From NCBI GenBank assembly GCA_001179505.1, contig CDMY01000982.1:1-64000 (forward strand): a stretch of 64,000 bases of DNA, written 5' to 3'. Positions 11,045 to 22,660 of the stretch are shown piece by piece. Within the stretch, counting starts at the first letter, position 1, and the number at the start of each line of letters is the position of its first letter. This stretch comes from Vitrella brassicaformis CCMP3155 (Eukaryota > Protista > Chromerida). A program made the translations under genes and the position numbers. A model generated the notes under the pieces. It was given only the letters and a program-made list of their open reading frames with translations. It was not told where the DNA came from and made no database searches.

Positions 11045-12823
11045 TCACAGCAAATCTCGCGAGGCCTCGTACGTCTTGTTGGGATCATACTGAGCACAGA
11101 AACAGACACAACAGAGAGAGACGCACATGCAAGATGTGATGTGCTCGCGTGTGAGTCCCCGAGTGCTACATCTCTCGACTGACCACTTCCCAAGTAGAGG
11201 CCGGGTAGATGTGTTTGTTCCTCTCGTACCATTTCCGGTCCACTATCTTGCCTGCGTGCGACTGCACACACGCAGCATTCAGGAAACGAAGAGGCAGCGA
11301 CACTCCACTCCCTGACTCAGGGACGTTTTGGTGTGTGTATGCGCGTGTTGTGTGCTGCGGACCTCGTCTTTCTCGACCCGGACGTCAGCGTATATGCGGA
11401 TGTCGTCAGGCACGTCGAAGCGGAACAGGGGACCGGTCTTGCCACGCGCCTTGTTCTTGATCAGATCGTAAAAGGTCACCGTCTGCGCACACAATAAGGC
11501 CACAAAGTACGCCATCGACACCCGATGTTGGCTACTCTCTTGGACTTGACATGACTGGCTGACATACGTACGTGTGGCAGTATGAGGTCCTCCTTGATGT
11601 ACATGAGGTTGTCAGTGCCCACTTGGCGCAGCTCGGGGAACTCCACCTCCAGGTTCTTTCGACACTGATCCAGAAAACTCCCAATCGTTGTCCCTGCAGA
11701 CACGCATGTATCAATCACCAACACCCACCCACCCACCATGCACTTCTTTCTTTTCTCCCGTCTGTCTGTCTGTCTGTGTGTCTGTCCATAGCAACGCACC
11801 TTTGGTTATTCTGATGATCCTCCTGTGGCCCGAGCCGTCCCAATACGAATACGTCACCTCCAACACCTCCTCTGAACACACACACAGAACAGACAGAGGC
11901 GCCTCACCTTCAGCCACGTATTTATGAATGCGCCTCACCCACCTTTGATTCTCTCCTGCTCGCGTACGTACTCCTCAATGAGCTGCTGGCGGTGCGCAGC
12001 CAATGCGGCGTCGCGATCAGGGTCCTGAACAGCCCAACACACGCAGGTATCCACCCGATGGGCTTTCTCTTTAGAGATTGCGGCGTACCGGGAGCATGTC
12101 GGTGTTGACGTGTGGGTCTTTTCCCAAGTGCTTCTTCCCCGCCGCCTTGCGGATCTCCTGCTCTACCTCCTGGTCAGCTGCAGACAGACAGACAGAATGT
12201 GCAGCATGAGCGTGTCCGCATCGAGCATGTGCATAGGGAAGTGGCTGACCTTGGTCGTCAGCGTCCTCTCCGAACGACAGTTTGCTGAGCTTCGTCTTGC
12301 CCTTGCGGCGGGCAGCGCGCTCCTTCTCCTTTTCCTCTCTGAATGACAAAGGCGCACAGACAGTGTCGTGTGGACGGACGGACGATGCAGCGCTGTCTTC
12401 ATTGATTGTCGGTTCGCTCACTCTTTCTGCCGCTCGTGCTCTTCCATGAGGTCAGTGATCTTCTTGCGCTTCTCACGAAACTCCTCAGCCGACACCAAAC
12501 CGATGGTCTCTTGCTTGAACCTGTAGACACGCACACCACACCGACACACGTCAGCTCTGCCTCTCAATCCACCTTTTGACGCTGACCGCACGAACTCACT
12601 TTTCCTCGAGCGCTTCAGCGTGTGAGCCTCCGAACTTGCTGTCGATGGCGGAAAAGGTGCGTTTCTTGGTTTCGTTTTCAATCTTCTCCTTGGCCTGTTC
12701 CATCTCCCGCTGTAGCTTCTCGCGCTGCCTGAGGAGGAGGAACGCCCGTCCACCTTCGGACGAGTGGATGGTCTGCAGCATGCTATTGGCGCTGTCATAG
12801 CGAGGGTCAAATGACGTCTTCAT
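11045..12823 (-). CDS. FAM50: FAM50/XAP5 family nuclear protein (spliceosome-associated), multi-exon
   Basis: [127 protein letters not shown]|YDPNKTY: the XAP5 signature motifs in order. Confidence 0.93.
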
Positions 12824-12949
12824 TGCGAGGAAGTGGGAGAAGTTGGTTGGCTATTCAACGCACCCTAACCCTGGCGTGTAACTCTTCGTCTTTTCACTTC
12901 TTAGGTGGCATTTTGTGAGGCTCTGTACCAGAATCTGCGCCTTTATTCG

Positions 12950-13353
12950 ATGGGCGCTGAAGGCTCTAAGAGCACTCAGGCACGGCCACACCACCCGAAG
13001 GGAAAGCAGGAAGAGCCACCCTCACAAAGCCGTCCCGCCAACCACAGCGGACGAGACACTGCCGTGGCGAAGGGAGACGGAGGTCATCCAGCTCCAGCCC
13101 AAAAGGCCGCTTATGACAAAGCCACCAAAGCTGCAAAAGCTCCGTTTATGACGCCCACAAACATCGGTAAGGAGCAAAGCAAGAAAACGAGACTGTGTGT
13201 ATGTATGTGTCTGTGTTGATCTGTTCAATTGCTCCAGGGAGTGATGAGCTGTTTAGTGTGCTGCTGAGCCACTGGGACATACTTGAAGATCGCTGCGCCT
13301 CGCCGTCATTGCAAATGCTGATGGGGCACAATCAGGGCGAGAGACAGGGATGA
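12950..13353 (+). CDS. Small hypothetical protein with predicted N-myristoylation, 2 exons (12950-13166, 13238-13353), 110 aa
   Basis: Starts MGAEGSK (Gly2, Ser6, Lys7). A phase-1 intron GTAAGG...ctccag joins in frame to GSDELFSVLLSHWDILEDRCASPSLQ... Head-to-head with FAM50 (126-bp spacer). Confidence 0.6.
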
Positions 13354-13582
13354 GTGAAAGAGTGATTCATGATTGGGTCTCGTGGGGCTTGGATTAATCC
13401 GTGGGCATTCTCTTTCGATGTCATCTCCTCCTGATGTACATAGCTGACTGGCCTACACCCGGTTATCTCTCAAGAAAGAGAAAGAAAGAGAAGCAGTATA
13501 CGAGCAAATGACTTAGCAACAACAGCAACGCTCTGCCTATCGATCTGGCCATCCATCTATCCACAAATGCCAATCAACAAAG

Positions 13583-14891
13583 CTACCACGGCAGCAGCCA
13601 CCCTCCCTTCATCTTTGGCTTGCTTTTCTCTCTCCCCTCCTTGTTGGCTGCAACCGGGCGCTTCTCTTTATCCATCACATTCTGCATCAGCTGGCTATCA
13701 CGGGGACGTTCCTCGCTCCTCTTGCCATTTCGCAATCGTATAGCATCCCTTGCCCGGTTGCGCACCCAGTCTGACGTCTGCCCTGCTCTCTCGACTGCCC
13801 TCCGCCACACACGCCGAGCCGTACGACGCACCTGCAAACAGTGTATTCGAAATACTCCGTGTGAGTGTCCGGTATCGTGCCTCACGTACCCTGTATCTGT
13901 CGTCAAGTTGGGACATGCGCTGGCGCACCTGAAACTGCATCCACAGCCCAGCCAACACCATGCACTCGCTTCTCGATGTGCGAGAATGGGATGCGGTCAC
14001 GTCCTCCTCACTCACTCACCTGCCTGTCGATCTGCTCTAGTCGCTCGAACCCCTGACGGTACAACCTCGCGTAGAAGCGGCGTGTCTGACAGACAATGTG
14101 CACCGATAAACACAACACATGTATCGCTCGTCTGCCAAGCCTCGCTAACCTGCATCTTGAGCCAGAGGTCTTCAGCGAAGTAGACGAGGCGATAGAAGGC
14201 CAAGAGCAATGTGCGGCCCATCGCACGTAGCCACGAGGGTAGTCTTCCCTTCTTGTCGCAGCTATTCACCCCCCAAATGACGCCTAACGCAATACCCAGC
14301 AAGCTCTGGTCGAACAGCTGCGTACACGCTCGCCAGAGACAATCGCATTTGCAACACTGCTTCTCACATGTATGCATTAAAGTGTTCATTGCTCACTGCT
14401 TTTGTGATGACGCCTCCGAACATGCCACCAGCAGCGGCACAGCCGATGAGTGTCTGCTCCTCGTATGAAATCGTCACCATGTTGAGAGCGGCCAGGTGAC
14501 CAGGTCGGGGCAAGGCGGCCTTCTTGGGAGATGTCAGTGCCGTCTTGGAGGTAATGAGAACCAGACGCTGGATCTCCGCTTGCTGGCTCCTCACAGTGCG
14601 CTCGAGCTCATCGGCCTGACGATGAATCAATGCAGAGTAACACAGATATCATTGTGTTGGTTACCCGACCGACCCGCTGACCCGCTTCCTGAGGTCTTCC
14701 ATGTCACCTTCCCTTGTCGCGTCGTGTTGTGAGCCCTTCGGTTTGGTTCCCGCCTTTGTTGGCAGCAGACCGAGGCGGGTGTGCGGACGTGAGACTCTTT
14801 GGATGTTCAGGACAGCGTGGCTGGAAAGATCACGAGGGGTTGGAGGGGGGACTGCCCGCAGGAAAGCCTCGCATGACCTGAGGCGGTCCAT
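13583..14891 (-). CDS. Hypothetical membrane protein with coiled coil and two Gly-rich hydrophobic segments, about 6 exons
   Basis: Phase-0 GT-AG joins give ...EGDMEDLRKR|ADELERTVRSQQAEIQRL...TLIGCAAAGGMFGGVITKA|LFDQSLLGIALGVIWG...WLKMQ|TRRFYARL...IDRQ|FQVRQRMSQLDDRYR|VRRTARR...GGWLLPW*. Confidence 0.7.
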
Positions 14892-15124
14892 CGTGAACAA
14901 TGGGTTGTGGGCGATGATCACCGGCGCTGGGCTGTGAACCCTGAATCCTAAGCCCTTGGGCTTGGTGAACCCTGAACCCAAGGCCGTCGTTCGCAGCGCA
15001 CTGCATATCCTCCTGTCTGCTGCATCTGCCCTCTGCGTGCTGCGTGTTTCGTGTCCGGGTTGCATGTTAGGGTGCCTGTTTCATGTTGGACAGACCGACA
15101 GGGGACTTGGCCGTCAGGCCACCT

Positions 15125-15150
15125 AGGGTGCTCCCTGAAACCGCTGCTGC
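15125..15150. promoter_or_regulatory. 26-nt upstream motif shared with 39729-39754
   Basis: agggtgctccctgaaaccgctgctgc versus agggtgctccctgagaccgctgctgc (25/26 identical). Both lie upstream of minus-strand genes in the same orientation. Confidence 0.4.
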
Positions 15151-15469
15151 TCCTGAACCCAAGGCACAGGGTGGTCAAGGCCTCATCGTCCGCTTCCCGT
15201 CGAAAGGGAGGCCTCACACAAGGGGCAGCAGGTAGGTCAAGCGAGGCCTCACACAGCAGACAGTGACTCAGATCTGGGCAGCGATTCATTCTGTGTCCTC
15301 CACGTGTCGTTACGCTCGAACGCTCCGTGGCGACCGCCTTCTCTTTTCTCCCCCCGACGGTGAGATACACAGAGAGGCTCAGACGGACCGCCAGACACGA
15401 AAGAATTGAGACATCTGCGTATATCTGTGTCCCAGAACCCCCGGCTTCCGTGCGAGTTGGCGAGGCGTC

Positions 15470-16053
15470 ATGCGTCTTCTTCGGACCATCACCATCACCA
15501 TTGCCCTTCTCTGTGCCTTGATGGGCATGGCAGCCAGCGGTAACCCATCAGAAAGGCAGGCCATCGAGATCTCTCGGGACGCTGTGTGCTTGATGTGTTG
15601 CGCTGGTCTGTGCAGGAGAGTCACGTGGCGAGCCAGTCGCTGCTGCTGTCGCTGGCGAAGGACGGAGTGAGACCAGTCAGCACGGTGTGCACTCACGCAG
15701 ATGTGTCACACCCTGTCTCTTCACGCATCTTCTTGTCAGGTGCTTCCCTCCGAGGAGGCAATGTGGCAGAGTCTGGCAGAGCATCAGGTCGGTCAACACA
15801 TCAACAGACGAGCATGACAGACACATCAAAGCGTGTCTGCGTCCCCACAGGCATCAGGGACCTCCAATACTATGATTATGATTATAACGATGATAGTGAC
15901 GATGAGGATGACGATCGGGACCAATGGAGTGCGGGTGATGGTTATTATGAAGGACCGGCGGGTCAGCTCGACACAGCAGGCGGCGGCTTCAACCAGCCAG
16001 ATGATGATCATCATCCTGACGATGACGATGACGATGAAGGGGATGACCCGTAG
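15470..16053 (+). CDS. Small secreted Asp/Tyr-rich acidic protein precursor, 4 exons (15470-15539, 15616-15666, 15740-15787, 15851-16053), 123 aa
   Basis: Three phase-1 GT-AG introns give MRLLRTITITIALLCALMGMAASGESRGEPVAAAVAGEGRSASLRGGNVAESGRASGIRDLQYYDYDYNDDSDDEDDDRDQWSAGDGYYEGPAGQLDTAGGGFNQPDDDHHPDDDDDDEGDDP*. Exon lengths 70+51+48+203=372 nt. Confidence 0.75.
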
Positions 16054-17347
16054 TCTCTTCTTTCTTTCTTTTTTTCCCCTCTCTCCTTCTGCTTTTGTCT
16101 CCTTCTGGCTTGACACAGCTCTGTCAGCTCTGCCAATCACACGGGTTTGGGGTCCAACTTCTGGTGGCCGGCCGTGGTGTAGGTAAAAGTGCATTTCTGG
16201 CAGAGTCCTGGTTGGGTTGACCACAGGTGGAGGGAGGGAGAGAGGGAAAGAGGGCCGTACACATTTTCATGTTCCCTGAGCTGAGAAGTGAGCGTGTGTC
16301 TGGTTGACCGCATGCGTTCGACTGTTTGTTTGTCGATTGCGAATGGCGAGTCATGAGCGAGGAATAACGCTCGTGACACGGCGGGCAAGTTGCCTGCTGT
16401 CGATTTTCAGACGATCTTCGCATCATCCTGTCCATCCCATGAGATGCGAAAGTCGACAGCAGACAGATAAGAGCCAGATGGCATGGCACGAGTGAACGGA
16501 TGCGTCTGTGTGTGTGTGTGTGTGTGTGTGTTGTGGAGGTTTGTTTGTCTGTATGTCTCGGTTCGGCGTCGACTGAAGTGGTGTGAGTGAGCCGACAGGG
16601 TGACCGCATGCATAGTGCATGCGGTGGTGTACCTCCAGTCAAAAGTCTCTGAAAGCGTCTCTGTCAGACAGCGAGATGAGCCTGTCGGGTGTGTGTCTAC
16701 CGTGGCTTTCGGGCTGTGTGTGTCTGTCGGGTCGTACGTCGTTCGTGCTGTGGATGAGTGTGGGGGTATTCCTCCTCTTTCTGTCGGTCGGGTGTGTTAT
16801 ATGTGGTGAGTGTGTGTGTGTGTGGGCTGTGCGCACCCCACAGAGAGAGTGGGCGTGTTGGCTGTGCACGTGTGAGTGGGAGACAGGTCAAAATGTCCAC
16901 ATCACGTGTGTGTCGTGTCGGACGGACCTTGATATCGATGTGTGGATGCTCAACTGAGCAACTGCAGCTCAATGACATGCGTATGCAGCACCACCGTCGT
17001 GTCTATCGAAACGCATCAACGCAGTCAGTAAAGTGAGGGCCTGGTGGGCGGGCCGTCGCATGGCTGCCTGCGCGCCGCTTCTCTGAGACACGACCAGCCG
17101 AAGTGATATTCCCCCACACGTCACAGCCGCCTCAAACAAGTCACAGCCAGCTACCGTCAAAGGGGCATCAGAAAGCGTGTAAATGACTAATGTTCACACT
17201 CCCGGACCTCATTGCAATGATGAATGAGCTCGAGTAATTGATTGAGTGGTCAGTCTTAACAGATATGGCGCTGGCTGGACCGACTGACTGACTCCTCTGA
17301 CAGCGGTTTCAATTTACGTATGTGCCGTTACGTGTACCCTTTCGCTG

Positions 17348-18532
17348 ATGATGTTCCGCCTGCTGCTTGTGGCTGCCGCTTCCGTCGTCATCTCGGCGAA
17401 CGGTTTTGACGTGCGCGACCCCATTGCTCAGCTTGTCAACAGGGTGATCGATGTCACAGGGACCGGCAACGAGCAGGAGGACACCGCCCACGCCATTGAC
17501 AAACCGGCAAAGAAACATGCCACGAAAGCGTCAAGAGGTGATACCTTTCTGTCTGAGTTGTCTGGCAAGCTGAAGCAGCTTGTGGCGCAGTACAACGACA
17601 CGATGATCCGATGATCCTCGCGGGCAACGGGCGGCTCATTGTTCGGTCCAATAAGGGCAGCAGTCACAATGAAGTCAACGCTGAGGATGGTAGGTGTACT
17701 GGCGGGGGTATGTGTGCTGAACTCAGCACGATGGGCTGCAGCTGCTTGTGGGCTGTGCAGGGCCTGACACTAACCTGACGGAGCCGGAGCAGTCTTCCAT
17801 CCCGTTCTGCCCGGGTATGCACAGATGGGATGGAAGGGAGGCTCCCCACTGGCACCCATCTCCGTGCTTGTCGGTCCTGTGCTTGTCTGCTATCAGCACC
17901 CTTTTCGGATCTTTCCTTCACGATTGATGAGGGAGAAAGTGTGGTTCGCTCCATCAGGTGGGACGACGGGGGGGATCGCTACATCGTCGTGGGCATTGAC
18001 TCCCTGAGAGGGGATGCGGATCTCATCGTGTGCGACGAAGATTCGAGGTGAGTACGGCGTCGTCAGACTTGCATCTTGTGTTTGTTGTGGTCTTCCAGCG
18101 GAACAGACACATCCAATTGTGAAAGCAGCAGGGCCTCTTGGGGTTCCGGCTTTGAAGTATGCATACACACACTCCTGAATGTTGAACTTTGGCACTGCGT
18201 GTATGCAGGACGTCGTCGTGATTGACACGGAAACATTTAACGGAGAGGATGGCGTCGCAGTCGAAGTAATCGTACTACACAGCACACATGAGTGTGTTGC
18301 TGGCAGATACGTGTTCGGCTGTGCAGATCAACTGCGTTGAGGGAGGAGGCAGCAACGACAACTGCCGAGTGGTAGGCATTTGGAATTCTTTCGTGCACGG
18401 CTGATGCATGCGATTTGTGTGCGCTTCGTGCAGAATTACGTAGCGTTCCCGCACGACGACTACTGCCGCCCGACGGAAGGAGATTTCGCCGGCGTTGGCA
18501 TAAGCATCAGTCCGTTTTTTATCTTCGACTAG
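17348..18532 (+). CDS. Hypothetical secreted protein with a beta-rich, possibly PPC-like C-terminal domain, multi-exon
   Basis: Signal peptide MMFRLLLVAAASVVISANG. Spliced exons HDDPMILAGNGRLIVRS, APFSDLSFTIDEGESVVRSIRWDDGGDRYIVVGIDSLRGDADLIVCDEDSR, DVVVIDTETF, INCVEGGGSNDNCRV, NYVAFPHDDYCRP...FIFD*. GDADLIV resembles the GDADLYV motif of PPC domains. The 3' exon phases are less certain. Confidence 0.6.
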
Positions 18533-18973
18533 TGAAAGCATGTGTGTCACTGTCGGTGTCGCCAGCCCAGTGTGTGCCAAAGGTGCATCCTCGACTTCGT
18601 TGGAATTCGTCTTCCTGTTCTTCGTGTCGCTCTTGGGTGCGAGAGTCCGTTTCAATCGGTCCGTTTGGTTGGTTATAGGATGGAGTGTGCATGGTCGTAG
18701 AAAAGTGCGAACACCGTACATTCAATATACGTGGTCGGACATACGTACGACTCAGCTCAATCAACACGTCGCCGCACACACCCGGCCATGCATTCGGCCA
18801 GAATCGCCGCGTTGGCTCCTTCGCGACACCACGGGCTACGGTCGATGTGGACACACCAATTAGGACAAGCAGACGCGGAAATAGGGCGAAAGGGTCCTGA
18901 GAGTCGGTTGCCAAAAACAAAGATTGCCTGTCCATAATTGCATCTCTGTCGTACGACGTATGATACACATCAG

Positions 18974-19240
18974 TCAGTGCGACGGTGAGTCAGTGAGGCG
19001 TATCTTCGATGTCTTGCACGTCAGAAAAAATACCGACAGACAACATTCGGAGAAGTCACGCATCCCATCGATATTCCAGACAGACAGACAGACAGATGTG
19101 CGCACAGCCGGGCGAGGGAATGAGTGAGTGCCCGACAGGCAGGGATGTAGAGAAAGAGACGCATCCTACGGATGACATATTCGTACCAGAACGGTCAGAA
19201 CAACTTCAAGTTCACTTTACTTTGATAAAACTGACTTTTT
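18974..19240 (+). repeat. Dispersed repeat of about 270 bp, uninterrupted copy
   Basis: Aligns with 22861-22941 plus 23360-23562 (tcagtgcgacgg...gtcttgcacgtcagaaaaaataccgacagacaacattcg...gatgtgcgcacagccgggcgagggaatgagtgagtgcccgacaggcaggga...ttcaagttcacttta). Confidence 0.85.
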
Positions 19241-20573
19241 GCTCCAGTGTGGCTTGAAATGACACACTGATGCCTTTTTACACGAGTAGAAACATGACAC
19301 TGAAGGACATTCCGCCTCGTTGCTGACGATACACCGCTGCGCTGATGAAGGGAGGGAGATGCCAGCAGCATTGAAGAATTGAAGCAGCATATGTGCATTC
19401 CTGGGTGCCCCTGCTAGTCATTTAACGAATGACAGCAGTGCTGCACTACCATGCCATTGTTGAATCATGCATTATCATGGGTCTCTTGGTCACGATATCA
19501 TCAATTAGAATGTCTCTCGGTCGCTACCTGTCCTGTCCTCTCCTGTCGCGTCTCCTCTCCGTCTACAAAAGATGCAATGCATGAAAAAAGGAAAGGCAGA
19601 AAAAAGGAAAGGGGGCGGCCGCCCTCCACGTGTGTATCTCTTGCTGTCTCCCTTTATCTCGGTGGTCTCTATCATGTGTTCCCATCCGCCATCCCCCCAT
19701 CGCCCGCAGCCACCACTGACCCACCGGATAATCCACCCACCTCCGCCTATCTTATCTTATCGTGTAAGCACAAACAAACGACTGGCCGCGCGTGGCAGAG
19801 AGAGAGGAGAGAGAGAGAGGGGAGAGGCGAACGCGGTGCGGTTGTGTGGCTTTGAGAGCCCTCTCCACCCCTGCCAGGCAGGCAGGCAGGCACAAGAAGC
19901 AGAAGGCAGACACCTCACAGACACACTCACGCATAAAGCACCACACGCAAAGTGGGCCAGCCACGCTGCGGGCGTGTGCGCGTATCCATTTTGGTCACAT
20001 ACTCCCTCACAACACTCACTTGACAAACAGACAGACAGACAGACAGACGGCCCATCCCTTTCCACAGACGGGCATGGACGGACAAAAGAGGCAACGTAAC
20101 GTATCACGGGCTCGCTGTGGGTTCTTTCTCTGGGGTGTTGATGGGGCATTGCTTGATCTGGCTTGAGATCTGGTGCTGGCTGGGGTCTGTGTCACTTTGG
20201 GGGTCTGTCTCGCTTTGGGGTTTGTCCGGGGTGGTGCTGGGGGTCTTGCCGGGTCTGACTGCCCATCCCTCCCTGTGTCTCTATCCCTCCCTCCCTCTCT
20301 CCTTCCCTCACTCCCTCCCACACAACACACAACAGACAGTCCGCAAAGAGCAAGTAAGTATGAGTAAGGAAGTGGGCGTGTATACCGACTGACTCTCTCA
20401 TGCCAACTCACACACATGAACCACGCACACGGCCGCACGAAGAGAGAGAGAGAGAACGAGCAAATGCACACGAGTCTATGCCGCGTACCCGCCCCCTGGT
20501 CTATCTGGATGTCGATGTCGCTGTCGCTGTCATTCTCTCACTTGCGCGCCGTCTTGCCCCGCTCATCGCTTCG

Positions 20574-22466
20574 CTATCCCGACTTCCTCTTCAGCCCTCT
20601 CGGACGCGGCGGCGAGATCGATCGGTCTCGGCTGTTCGTATTTGTGAGCAGCGGCGGCTGCATGCGATTCGGTGTGCGGGATGGTGCGGCCGCAGCAGCG
20701 GCAGCAGCACCCAGATGGCCGAAGGGCGGCAACGGTGGAAACATGAACGGCTGCTTAATGAATGGCGGAGGTGGCTGGGCGATGACGGCCGCTGCCGCAG
20801 CCGCTGCCGCGGGCACGTTGAGGACCTGGTCCTCTTCCTGCAGGGCCTGGGCCATCTCGGCATCTTCCTTGATCTGGTCCTGTCGTCGGACCTCAGAGAT
20901 GGCATCGACGAGCGCTCTGCCGCTGTCACGTCGCTGGCTGGGCGAAGGTCGGGCAGCGGGGCCGAATGGGCCGGGCGACGACGGGGGTCTCACGTCAATG
21001 GGCGACGAAGGACCTGACAGATGGAATCCAAAAGGGAGACACAATGGAGTGGATGTGTCTCTCTGATCTGCCAGTACACACTACATGCTAACCTTCGTTG
21101 CGATTGGGTGTGGCGGGATGGTAGGCGGCTGCGGCCGCTGCAGCTGCGGCGCACGGGGAAGGCCTGCCACGACAGACAGACAAGGGCACAGAGGCGAAGG
21201 AACATGTACCAATCGAGCTGTGTCTCTCTCACGGCTCATTCCTTTGTGTGTCTTATGTACTTGCTGTACTTGGGAGGCTATCCTCTCCCCTTTGGCCATG
21301 TACGCCGACTCGGTATCAAAAATCGACTTGCGTGGGGGGCTGTTGATCGCCGCTGCCGCTGCAGCAGCAGGGGATCCCGAACGGTCTCCGGCGTGGGCCT
21401 GGCCGTTGGGTGTGGCGGGGCGGTAGGGCGTCTTGGGGCCGGCAGCCGCAGCAGCAGCACACTGGTGCCGGAGGGCGATGGCGGGCCGTCAGATGACGGA
21501 GGCCGCAACGGCGAAGGGAAGCCGTCTGCAACAAAACGCGATGCGTCGACCACTGAAGCCGCCGCTGCGGCCGCGGCCGCATTGCCAAACGGCAAAAACT
21601 TCTCCTGCCTGGATATGCGCAAGACACAGACAGACACACAGACAGACAGACAGCCAATGAGAGGAAGGAACAGTTGGGGTATGTACCCCATAGAGCAAGA
21701 TCGTCTGTCTTCAGTCTTACTGTCTCAATATGGTGCCCGGTGGCTGGCCGTCATACCCTCCCCCCACCCCACCCATCACGACCATATCTGCCTTCTCTCC
21801 GCTTGGCCATCGATGGCCATTTTGTCTCGGTCGTCCGCTGAGCGCTCGAAGCCCGCGGCGGCCGCGGCGGCCGCGGGAATGAACGGCGATCGGTTCTCCT
21901 GCCTGGAGGCAGCGAGTCATGGCAGCACACAGACAGAAAGACAGACAGACAGACAGACAATGAAAGGAAAGATCAGTGAAGGTATCCCGATTGTCTGCCT
22001 TGTTGTCATGGGAGCCTTACTTGGTGCCCGACAGCGGCGCGTGATACCCTCCCCCCAATCCCCCCAACCCCCCCATCACGACCATGTCTCCCCGAGACCC
22101 ACTCACACCGTCGGCGCACTTCTTGCCTCGGCCGACCTGTTGCGGCTGGATGCAGCCCGCTGCTGCCGCTGCGGCCGGCTGCCTCTGTCGGCGGGCAGTG
22201 ACCAGCCGATTCATCTCCTTCTGCAACGGCTCTTCGTCCCCCTCGTCCTTCACCACCTCGCCCTTGCATCCCTTCCCGCCCACGGCACGCCGGCTGTTCG
22301 GATTCTGTTGGTGAGCAGCAGCGGCGGCGGCTGATGTGGCGCGAGAGGTCTTGTTGGGCCCCTTGGCGGCGGTGCCATGTCTTTGCTGTGGCCCGGGGAC
22401 TTCAGGCCCAGCTGGATGGGCAGAGGTCAGGTCAGCCCCGTTCTGGGACTTTGTGGCGGCAGCAGC
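20574..22466 (-). pseudogene. Degenerate Ala/Pro-rich gene with internally duplicated exon modules and a MIU/UIM-like helix
   Basis: Spliceable exons with repeated modules (DMVVMGG-GGGY and QE..PF..AAAAAAA, twice each) and EDAEMAQALQEED. Protein-like frames switch by 1 nt near 21795 and near 21460. No clear start exon is visible upstream, where repeats lie. Confidence 0.5.
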
Positions 22467-22660
22467 CTGATGGATTCGAATCACAGGCAGGGAGCAAGGA
22501 CATACAATGCCATCCCATGAGGGGGGGCCATGCACTGGGCCATGCAGCTTTCATGCATCGGCGTCTCGGCGAGGGCGAAACGCCCATATTTGCCCTTTTT
22601 ATGCACTGGTCATTCACTCTCCTCACCTGTGAGCGTGTCTGCACCACCATCCCGGCAGAC

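Noticed and set aside
17213-17300. Possible box C/D snoRNA (ATGATGA ... CTGA)
   Set aside because: No terminal stem and no recognisable rRNA-complementary guide. Such boxes arise often by chance.
19984-19996. CCATTTTGG resemblance to the dinoflagellate spliced leader
   Set aside because: Only a 9-nt match; the flanks do not fit the 22-nt leader.
21021-22334. 437-aa + strand ORF, and other long antisense ORFs such as 44133-44993, 35651-36502 and 51673-52512
   Set aside because: They are shadows of GC-rich coding sequence on the opposite strand and read through microsatellite introns. No independent motifs.
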